Source: Myxococcota bacterium (lineage in GTDB: Bacteria > Myxococcota_A > Bradymonadia > UBA7976 > UBA1532). From it: DNA of 18,854 nt. The stretch is from positions 1 through 18,854 of the forward strand of contig JAYZEG010000035.1 of NCBI GenBank assembly GCA_036337435.1, in the 5' to 3' direction. The position numbers and the translations under genes are program-made. Positions 6,672-14,574 of the stretch are shown here, piece after piece (the first letter of the stretch is position 1; the number at the start of each line of letters is the position of its first letter). The notes under the pieces were generated by a model, which ran no database searches, had not been told where the DNA came from, and saw only the letters and a list, made by a program, of their open reading frames with translations.

Positions 6672-8770
6672 TCCGCCTAATCATTCCCCTCACACTCTTC
6701 ACTCTTGGGTGTGGTGCCCAGACTGAACAGCCTATTTTAACAAAGTCATGTTCGCTGAAAGTGCGTCTCGACACGTCAACCGGCTCACTCACACCCTTGG
6801 TCTATCTGCTCGATGAGGACGGTGATACGTCCCTTCATCAAATGACAAAATCCCGGGATAAATACGAGCTCGAAATTGCGTTAGAGCCAGCCCGTTACCG
6901 CTACTGGATCCAACAAGGCAACCGAGTCCAGCTCGACAATAGAAACAGCTTATCCGTCCTGCACGAAGAGACAGAGGTGTCCTGGCTTAACCTCAGCGAC
7001 TGCCGAAAACCAGACCTGCGCTTTGTTGAGCGGCAATCCGGTCCAAATGAAACCGTTCTGACCTTCGTTCTCGCGCGTACGAACGCGGAAGACGGCCTTG
7101 ATCCTGAGAGCATCTCTGCGACGGTAAACAAAAAACCTATCCCCTTCTCTACCGTTGGAGACCACGTCTATATCGACATCCATGACCTGCCATTTGGCAA
7201 ACATAAGTTGCACGTCAGCGGAGCGACAGTATCAGGCCTGCCTTTCTCAATGGGTGGACCGTTTTGGTCAGAAGCAAGCCCGTTCAAATGGTCGACGGCC
7301 AGCATGTACCAGATTGTCGTCGACCGGTTTGCAGGACAAACAGACTTTGGACCGAGAGCCCGGAGTAAACCCCCGGGATATCGCGTCGGTGGCCACCTAG
7401 AGGGCGTCATTCGAAAAATAGAGAGTGGCTATTTCGACCGGCTTGGTATTAACGCAATTTGGTTATCGCCTTTGTACCGAAACCCAGACGGTTTTTGGGT
7501 CGGTGTCGAGGGTGGGCCTGCACGCTACGAAGGCTACCATGGGTACTGGCCGGTTCGCGCTCGCGAGATCGAACCCAAACTCGGTGACGCAGAGACCCTT
7601 AAATCTTTGGTCGAAAAGGCGCATGCTCGAGGGATGCGAGTCATCCTCGATGTTGTCCCAAATCACGTTCATATCGACCATGAGTATTATGCGACACATC
7701 CCGAGTGGTTCTCCAGCGACAAATGCATCTGTGGTACGGCTGAATGTCCCTGGTGGAGGGACATTGACCGATGTTGGTTTACAGAATATATGCCCGACGT
7801 CGACTGGGCTGCGCCCGGCGTTTTGGACCGTTTCGTGGACGATATGGTTTGGTGGTTAGATGAGTTTGACCTGGATGGACTTCGAGTCGATGCGGTCCCC
7901 ATGATGCCCCGATTGGTCATTCGTCATTTGGCTAGAGAAGTTGCGAGACGGTTTGAGACCATTGACACCGGCTACTATTTGCTCGGCGAGACATTTACCG
8001 GGCCGGATGGCTACGACAACATCCGCTATCCACTGGGGCCAAATGGGTTGGACGGCCAATTCGATTTTCCATTAATGTGGGCCATCCGCGGTGCCTTTGC
8101 ATGGCGCAATATTTCACTGAAAGCCCTTTTCGAGCGCTGGGAGCGAAGTAAAGCAGCTTGGACGGGGTCGGCATCCACCATGGCGACCATCGTTGGTAAT
8201 CATGATGTAACCCGATTTGCCACAGAGGCGAATGGCGGTTGGCATTGGGGCGACCCGTGGCGGCAACCAGCCGTCTATCCAATTCAAACACAGGCGCGCT
8301 CGTCCCATCACCTGGCAATGGCCTTTATGCTCACGATGCCTGGCCTGCCCCTAATTTATTACGGTGATGAATATGGCGAGGTTGGCGGAAGCGACCCCGA
8401 TAACCGGCGCCCAATGCGCTTTGCCAGCGACTTAAGCGCGCCTGAGCAGAACACACTCGAGCTCGTTCGGCGGATTGCAAAGCTTCGGCGTTGCCACCCT
8501 GCCCTCAATTCGGGCGTTTTAGAACTCATTGATATCGTGGGCGAGACAGCCAGCTACAAACGAGTGTCAGCGTCTGGAGATGTTGTCTTTGTACGGCTCA
8601 CGCGGTCTCATTTTGAAGCCGGTCCCGATGAAGTGCCAGAGGGCTATATTAATGTTCTGCGGCCATCGGAGACCCAGACGAGGACTATCGGTGAATACGC
8701 CGATATTGCAACACCCCAGAATATCGAGATATGGATCAAGGATAGGCATCCTTGCATGGATGAAATTTGA
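6668..8770 (+). CDS. second GH13 alpha-amylase-family lipoprotein with N-terminal beta-sandwich (CBM48/E-set-like) region
   Basis: ATGA overlap with the previous gene. Lipobox TLG-C. Motifs MYQIVVDRF, GGHLEG, YHGYWP, DVVPNH, GLRVDAVP, GETF, VGNHD and PLIYYGDE. Confidence 0.9.
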   Translation: MIRLIIPLTLFTLGCGAQTEQPILTKSCSLKVRLDTSTGSLTPLVYLLDEDGDTSLHQMTKSRDKYELEIALEPARYRYWIQQGNRVQLDNRNSLSVLHEETEVSWLNLSDCRKPDLRFVERQSGPNETVLTFVLARTNAEDGLDPESISATVNKKPIPFSTVGDHVYIDIHDLPFGKHKLHVSGATVSGLPFSMGGPFWSEASPFKWSTASMYQIVVDRFAGQTDFGPRARSKPPGYRVGGHLEGVIRKIESGYFDRLGINAIWLSPLYRNPDGFWVGVEGGPARYEGYHGYWPVRAREIEPKLGDAETLKSLVEKAHARGMRVILDVVPNHVHIDHEYYATHPEWFSSDKCICGTAECPWWRDIDRCWFTEYMPDVDWAAPGVLDRFVDDMVWWLDEFDLDGLRVDAVPMMPRLVIRHLAREVARRFETIDTGYYLLGETFTGPDGYDNIRYPLGPNGLDGQFDFPLMWAIRGAFAWRNISLKALFERWERSKAAWTGSASTMATIVGNHDVTRFATEANGGWHWGDPWRQPAVYPIQTQARSSHHLAMAFMLTMPGLPLIYYGDEYGEVGGSDPDNRRPMRFASDLSAPEQNTLELVRRIAKLRRCHPALNSGVLELIDIVGETASYKRVSASGDVVFVRLTRSHFEAGPDEVPEGYINVLRPSETQTRTIGEYADIATPQNIEIWIKDRHPCMDEI

Positions 8771-9072
8771 TGATGAACACACGGTTAGCACATTACCTAC
8801 TCGGCCTTCTATTGCTCACTGGCTGCTTGGGCGATCCCAAAGATCCCAGGCCCTTACCAAGAGACCAGCTGGATGGCTCTTTATTTGACGCGCGACGCCC
8901 TCAGCAACAACCCAGTTCAGGTTCTGGATATGGGAGCGGGAGTGGGAGTGGGAGTGGAAGCCGGTCCGTTCAAGCCAATGAGCCCGATGCGCCGATGGAC
9001 GACACAATATTCGACGCCGGAGGCCTCTTTGATGGCGGGCTTTTAGACGTCGACGTCGACGCGGAAGACTAA
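8770..9072 (+). CDS. small low-complexity putative lipoprotein
   Basis: ATG 8770 (or 8773) is coupled to the upstream TGA. A hydrophobic stretch ends in lipobox LLTG-C, followed by a GS repeat and an Asp-rich tail. Its stop overlaps the aspS stop (ctaa, 9069-9072). Confidence 0.7.
   Translation: MMNTRLAHYLLGLLLLTGCLGDPKDPRPLPRDQLDGSLFDARRPQQQPSSGSGYGSGSGSGSGSRSVQANEPDAPMDDTIFDAGGLFDGGLLDVDVDAED
8932..8961 (+). repeat. 6-bp coding microsatellite GG(G/A)AG(C/T) x5, encoding (GS)5
   Basis: gggagc gggagt gggagt gggagt ggaagc. Confidence 0.85.
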
Positions 9073-10877
9073 GCTTCTGGCACTTCGTCAGGCTGTTTTT
9101 CAGGTGCCCTCTTGAGTTCAACATGGACCTCATCCAACTGTCTTGGGTCCACTAATGAGGGGGCTTCTGTCATGAGACAGCTGGCCTTGGTGGTCTTTGG
9201 AAACGCGATGACATCTCGGATGTTGTCGGTCCCAGCCAAGAGCATGACCAAGCGGTCCATACCGAGAGCAATCCCACCATGTGGCGGGGTTCCATAACTC
9301 AATGCATCTAGGAGAAAACCAAACTTTTGTCTGCTTTCCTGTTCAGACAAGCCGAGCAATTCAAACATTTTCTCCTGCACGTCACGTTTGTGAATTCGAA
9401 TGCTGCCACCGCCCAGTTCATACCCGTTGAGAACAACATCATAAGCGTTTGAACGCACCGCCCCGGGGTCACTTTCCATCAGTGGCAAATCGTCTTCGAG
9501 TGGTGCTGTAAACGGGTGATGCATCGCCACGTATCGGCCTTCATCTTCATCGAACTCTAAAGCTGGAAAATCGGTGACCCAACAAAACTCGTACGCGTCG
9601 GGATCAATGAGGTTCAGCTGCTTAGCCAGATGAACACGCAACGCACCTAAGGCGTGCCATGCAACGCTTTTCTTGTCGGCGACAAAGAACGCCTGGTCTC
9701 CGTCTTCGAGCTCAAGAGTCGCGATGATTTGGGCCGATTCAGCATCGCCTAGGAATTTAGCGATAGGACCGCCTAAGGTGCCATCTTCGAGCTTGACCCA
9801 AGCAAGTCCTTTCGCACCATAAACTTTAACGACACCGGCCAGTTCCTTGTCAATTTTGCTGCGCGAGAGTCCGCCGCCCGGCAGACGAATGCCTTTGACA
9901 ACACCCCCTGCGGCGACCGCACCTTTGAACACACCAAAGCCCGAGTCCGTGACAGCGTCACTGATATCTTTAAGCTCAAGGCCGAATCTTAAGTCAGGCT
10001 TGTCACTGCCAAATCGATCCATGGCGTCTTGATATTCGAATCGCCGAAAGGGTGTTTCGATATCCAGACCCTTAATTTGCTTGAAAACTCCAGCAAGTAG
10101 GGTCTCAACGAGGGCATACACATCTTCTTCGTCAATGAACGCCATCTCGATATCGATTTGTGTGAACTCGGGCTGCCTATCGGCTCGAAGGTCTTCATCG
10201 CGAAAACATCGGCAAAGTTGAAAGTAGCGGTCGTAACCAGCCACCATGAATAGCTGTTTGAAGAGTTGCGGACTCTGAGGCAGGGCGTAGAATCCTCCCG
10301 CATGGACCCGGCTCGGCACCAAATAATCCCGCGCGCCTTCTGGTGTTGCCTTGGTCAAAATCGGCGTTTCCAATTCTAGAAAGCCATCGTCCATGAGAAT
10401 ATTACGAACCGCGCCGTTGACCCGAGAGCGCAACATCAAGACGTTTTGTAATTGCGGACGCCGTAAATCGAGAAAACGGTACTTAAGTCGCAATTCTTCG
10501 CTTGTGTCGATTTCGTCACGAATGTGAAAAGGCGGCATTTCAGCGGCATTCATGATTTCCGCACGATGAGCGAGAACCTCTATGGCACCGGTCGCCATGC
10601 GTGGATTGATGTTGTCCCCACGACTCTCAACAATGCCCTGTACGGCGAGCACATATTCGTTTCTGAGTGACCCGGCGAGGGTATAAAGCTCGGAGTCGAT
10701 CGTCGAATCGAAACGAATTTGGGTAATGCCGTCCCGGTCACGCAAATCGATAAAGATACATCCACCATGGTCTCGGCGCGTGTGGACCCAGCCCATCAAT
10801 GCCACCGTCTCACCGATCTGTTCTGCTCTTAACTCACCATTTCGATGAGTCCGTCTGATATCCCGTAAGAATTCCAC
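9069..10877 (-). CDS. aspS: aspartate--tRNA ligase, bacterial type with GAD insertion, possibly non-discriminating
   Basis: Motifs [76 protein letters not shown] and [16 protein letters not shown] start preceded by GAGGGA. Confidence 0.98.
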   Translation of the reverse strand: MEFLRDIRRTHRNGELRAEQIGETVALMGWVHTRRDHGGCIFIDLRDRDGITQIRFDSTIDSELYTLAGSLRNEYVLAVQGIVESRGDNINPRMATGAIEVLAHRAEIMNAAEMPPFHIRDEIDTSEELRLKYRFLDLRRPQLQNVLMLRSRVNGAVRNILMDDGFLELETPILTKATPEGARDYLVPSRVHAGGFYALPQSPQLFKQLFMVAGYDRYFQLCRCFRDEDLRADRQPEFTQIDIEMAFIDEEDVYALVETLLAGVFKQIKGLDIETPFRRFEYQDAMDRFGSDKPDLRFGLELKDISDAVTDSGFGVFKGAVAAGGVVKGIRLPGGGLSRSKIDKELAGVVKVYGAKGLAWVKLEDGTLGGPIAKFLGDAESAQIIATLELEDGDQAFFVADKKSVAWHALGALRVHLAKQLNLIDPDAYEFCWVTDFPALEFDEDEGRYVAMHHPFTAPLEDDLPLMESDPGAVRSNAYDVVLNGYELGGGSIRIHKRDVQEKMFELLGLSEQESRQKFGFLLDALSYGTPPHGGIALGMDRLVMLLAGTDNIRDVIAFPKTTKASCLMTEAPSLVDPRQLDEVHVELKRAPEKQPDEVPEA

Positions 10878-10935
10878 AATCGTCCCTCAACTATGCAAAC
10901 TAGACGGCGCATCGTATTGGGCGATTCGCTACTGG

Positions 10936-12135
10936 TCAACGCCCGTGAGCCAACTCGGCCATTTTTCTGGGAATCACGGGTGCGAGATGCCCGGCGAGTG
11001 GACGACCAAGCGTGAGTGCCCGGGGTTTCGATCCCGGAATGAGTTCCTCGCAGAGCGCATGAAATTCCTCGAGCTCGCGTGGGTCATATGATGTCCCGGC
11101 CCGAATGGCATCCACGAGAGTTAATTCGGCCCCCGATGGGTCCATCACTTGGAGATAATGTCCATTGAGCAAATTGAATCTATGCTCTGGAAATGCCTGC
11201 TTGAGCAATTTAAGTAGTTCTGCGGATGCAGCAACTGCACGGATTTCATCCATAAAATGACGCTTAATGCCCGCTTGAAACGTCAACCCCTCATGCAAGG
11301 TTCGAAACAGCAGCGGTCCAATGTTAATCCGAACCTGAAGCGCATCCACGCCCAGATGGATGAACAATGTGTCATCGCCACTGACCCGCTTGGCGGTCAA
11401 GCCGTACAGGGACGCCAATTGATCGATAACGGTCACAAACGCATTGCTATCCGCCACGATGAATGGGTCGACGAGGGCGCGCTCAATATCGCTCGCATAG
11501 CCCGCAAGCCAAGTATGATAACTCTCGGCATAGGGAATATCGAGCTCTTCATCCTCTCGGTCTCGAAAGTAAGCAACGACGTCACACAAGCCATCTTTGT
11601 GCTGTTGCTCCATCCATTCGTAGAAGGGCTCAGCCATACGAGCCAGGACTGAATCAGTCTCGGCAAAGGGCCGGATGCCCAAGTAATACCCAGGCTGTAT
11701 TGGGTACAGAGCGATATCAGGCTCGTACATGTGACGCGCGACCAAACACCCCCACATTGCTCGCAAACTGAGTGGAATGCCAAGCTTGTCAGCGAAATCG
11801 ATGGAATCGGTTGGTGCGTCCACTGTTCTGACGTCTCCGGCGACATTCATAACCGAGTAGTCAACGTTCGTGATTCGGTTCCCACCTCGAATCAGGTGGA
11901 TTTGGAGGTCGAGGCCAACCTCGGGCAAATAACGCGCAAAAATTGCTGAAATCGGTTGGGGTGATTCGGCACCGCAAGACGGACATTGCGCTGGAACCCA
12001 ACCGGACGAGAGGTCCAAGGCCCGACTACTCAGTTCAGCTTCGAGCCCGCAAATATCCAAGTCAGGGTCCAGGTCGATGAGCGCGTGCAAGCGCGCCGTC
12101 AAATCGCCGCAGCTATCACATTTGGCTGTGTACAT
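10936..12135 (-). CDS. hypothetical protein with N-terminal CxxC...CPxCG zinc-ribbon-like region
   Basis: Long ORF with normal globular composition that fills the space between aspS and the flippase. CDSCG and CPSCG are about 41 aa apart. ATG 12135 (MYTAKC) is preferred over the ORF-track start at 12288. Confidence 0.75.
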   Translation of the reverse strand: MYTAKCDSCGDLTARLHALIDLDPDLDICGLEAELSSRALDLSSGWVPAQCPSCGAESPQPISAIFARYLPEVGLDLQIHLIRGGNRITNVDYSVMNVAGDVRTVDAPTDSIDFADKLGIPLSLRAMWGCLVARHMYEPDIALYPIQPGYYLGIRPFAETDSVLARMAEPFYEWMEQQHKDGLCDVVAYFRDREDEELDIPYAESYHTWLAGYASDIERALVDPFIVADSNAFVTVIDQLASLYGLTAKRVSGDDTLFIHLGVDALQVRINIGPLLFRTLHEGLTFQAGIKRHFMDEIRAVAASAELLKLLKQAFPEHRFNLLNGHYLQVMDPSGAELTLVDAIRAGTSYDPRELEEFHALCEELIPGSKPRALTLGRPLAGHLAPVIPRKMAELAHGR

Positions 12136-12445
12136 GCCGATGTCCTGGGCTTCGTACCCGTATTGTCGAATTACAGGCAACCGGCACCGAGTGCGGAAGA
12201 TACCCAACGCCTCTTGGCGCTCAGCACGAAATTGAAAAGCTTCTGTGGGGAATTGAAGTATCACACCCACGAATCGACCATTTAGCACGAAACTTTAATT
12301 GTTTATGAGACCGGCGCGACTTAGACGTCTGAATTGCTTAAAATCAGGGGTGAGCCCACCCAAATGGTCAACCCCCCATGACTTTCTGAGGCGATCTTGC
12401 CGTGATTGTTCGAGCGTAGAAAAAGACCATGGTATAGGTGACGCC

Positions 12446-13909
12446 ATGAAGAAACGTTCGTTGACCGCCAAAACTCTAATCTTGTCATTTGGGAAGATTT
12501 TGGCAGCCTTTGCGACCATCGGTATCGGCGTTATATTAACCCGTTGTCTCTCGGTGGCAGACTTCGCGACTCATAAACAAGCACTGATGGCCTTTGCCAT
12601 GTGCGCACCGATGCTGACCCTTGGCCTGCCAAAAGCCCTCTATTTCTTCCTTCCGGGCGAGACCGAAAAGCCGCGCTCAATTTTGATGGAAAACCTGAGT
12701 ATGCTGCTTACACTGGCTGCGCTCTTCTGCGGGTTCATTTTACTCGGCGGCGACCAAATCTTTGTCGAGCATTTTGATAACCCGCGGCTCGGTCGAGTCA
12801 TGCCAATGGTGGCAATCTACGGCCTCTGCATGCTGCCTATGGCGGCCATCAGCGCAACCCTCATGGCCACAGACCGCGTTGAGAAACTCGTCACCTTTCA
12901 ATTGTCAACACAGGCACTGTTAATCGGTTGCGTTGGCGGGGCTGCATATTTTTGGAAGACGCCAACCGCAACGGTGTCGGCCTATGCCATCTGGGCGAGC
13001 ATCGCGCTCACCTTCGCTCTTTTGATGATGTTTAAAGTCACACGACAAGAAAAGCCCATCAAAGTGAGCTTCGGGGGTATGAAAGAGCAACTGGCTTATG
13101 GTGTTCCATTGGGCCTGGCAGGGATGTTTGGTGGCCTATCCGGACAAATCGACAAGTACATGGTCTCGATTATGTGTTCGACCGAAGACTTCGGTATTTA
13201 CGTCGCGGGAGCTGTCGAATTGCCGCTCATTGGCGTGATCACAGGCGCGATGAATGCGGTTGTCTTACCAGAGCTTGCTAAGCACTATAAAAACGGCCGT
13301 TTAGACGCGATTCGGCTTCTCTGGCAACGCGCCATGAATAAAGCCATTCTGGTCCTCGCGCCCGCCATGTTTGTGGTGCTCTTATTCGGAACGGAGCTTA
13401 TCGTTCTTTTGTTCTCGCAACGGTATGCCGATGCTGCAACGCCATTCCGAGTTTACGCGCTAAGCTTACCCGTTCGCGCGGCTGTGTACGGCAGTGTTCT
13501 CATGGCAACAAACAACACCAAGTGGGTGACTTGGTCCGCATTTGCCGGACTCATTCTCAATGTACTCCTGAACATGGTCTTGGTGGACGCAATGGGGTCC
13601 ACAGGTGCTGCATGGGCCACAATATTAACAACCTATGGTGTGGTTTTGATTATGCTATACCCGCTTTGCCGCGCCCTAAAAACAACACCATTAAAGCTCT
13701 TCGACTGGCCCCATTTACTCCGCGTCTTGGCCGCCAGTGCTGCACCGGCCGTCGCTGTCTATTTTGCCATCGATGCCAGTCCACTCCAGGGCGTGAGTCG
13801 ATTGTTGGTTGGAACAGCGATATACGGACTCGCCGTTCTCGGTGCCTACCGGCTTTTGAGAATCACCACAGTCCAAGAATTGATTGGCTTCATTCGCCGA
13901 AGGAACTAA
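12446..13909 (+). CDS. Wzx/MOP-superfamily oligosaccharide or polysaccharide flippase
   Basis: About 12-14 hydrophobic segments, with ILTRCLS, LGLPKALYFF, YGVPL, IDKYMVS...FGIY, VVLPEL, LLFSQRYADA, LNVLLN-x-LV and GAAWAT typical of Polysacc_synt flippases. ATG 12446 follows AGGTG. Confidence 0.85.
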   Translation: MKKRSLTAKTLILSFGKILAAFATIGIGVILTRCLSVADFATHKQALMAFAMCAPMLTLGLPKALYFFLPGETEKPRSILMENLSMLLTLAALFCGFILLGGDQIFVEHFDNPRLGRVMPMVAIYGLCMLPMAAISATLMATDRVEKLVTFQLSTQALLIGCVGGAAYFWKTPTATVSAYAIWASIALTFALLMMFKVTRQEKPIKVSFGGMKEQLAYGVPLGLAGMFGGLSGQIDKYMVSIMCSTEDFGIYVAGAVELPLIGVITGAMNAVVLPELAKHYKNGRLDAIRLLWQRAMNKAILVLAPAMFVVLLFGTELIVLLFSQRYADAATPFRVYALSLPVRAAVYGSVLMATNNTKWVTWSAFAGLILNVLLNMVLVDAMGSTGAAWATILTTYGVVLIMLYPLCRALKTTPLKLFDWPHLLRVLAASAAPAVAVYFAIDASPLQGVSRLLVGTAIYGLAVLGAYRLLRITTVQELIGFIRRRN

Positions 13910-13952
13910 GCCCTTTTGCCCATTGCGACCACCGAGGCCGAAAGCCGTCGAC

Positions 13953-14534
13953 TTAATTTTTGCGGTCTTTAAAATTCCCCGTTGTGGTGTCAATACGAAC
14001 CGTATCGCCGGCTTTGACGAACAAGGGAACTTGTAGACGAACGCCGGTCACCGTGTGGGCCGTTGTCGTGACCGACCCGCTCGCTGTATCACCGCGAGAC
14101 CCCGGCTCGACGCTGTCGATCTGTAACTCAACGAATTGAGGGAGTTCAATACCGACGACAGCGTTGTTGTAGAGCACAGCTTTGACCTCCAAGTTCTCCG
14201 TCAGCCAGCGCTTTTCATCCTCGATATCATGATCGCGTATTTCGAACTGCTCATAATTTGTGCTGTCCATAAAATGGTAGATGGTATCGGCTCCGTCTGG
14301 CTCACTGTACAAATACTGTGCGGCCCGCATTTGCAAATCAGGTTCCACAAACTTGTCGCCCGACTTAAAAGAACGGTCAGAAACCTGACCTGTCAAAACG
14401 TTTTTCAGCCGGGCTTTGACCAAGGTGGCAGCACCGCGTGCACTGGGGGTCTGAGTCGTTGTCTTAACAACGGTCCATGGTGCCCCATCTAATTCGATCC
14501 GTAACCCTTTTTTGAAGTCTGAGGTCGTAAGCAT
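13953..14534 (-). CDS. efpL: elongation factor P family protein, EfpL/YeiP-type loop
   Basis: MLTTSDFKKGLRIELDG start, loop TPSARGAAT with Arg at position 33, FKSGDK, QYLY, FMDSTNYEQ, PGSRGDTASG and VPLFVKAGDTVRIDT. ATG 14534 is the likely start. EF-P family membership is near certain; the EfpL subtype is inferred from the loop. Confidence 0.85.
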   Translation of the reverse strand: MLTTSDFKKGLRIELDGAPWTVVKTTTQTPSARGAATLVKARLKNVLTGQVSDRSFKSGDKFVEPDLQMRAAQYLYSEPDGADTIYHFMDSTNYEQFEIRDHDIEDEKRWLTENLEVKAVLYNNAVVGIELPQFVELQIDSVEPGSRGDTASGSVTTTAHTVTGVRLQVPLFVKAGDTVRIDTTTGNFKDRKN

Positions 14535-14574
14535 ATTTTGTCTGCCTTCTAGTGATTTATCGGTCAGGGAAAGC

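Noticed and set aside
12136..12445. Extended starts for the flippase (12299) and Zn-ribbon protein (12288)
   Set aside because: They would leave only 10 bp for two divergent promoters, and the extra residues look non-coding. The Zn-ribbon protein's start remains uncertain.
13910..13952. Terminator between flippase and efpL
   Set aside because: Only a weak, interrupted stem (cga-ggc...gcc-gtcg) with no adjacent U-tract; too weak to call.
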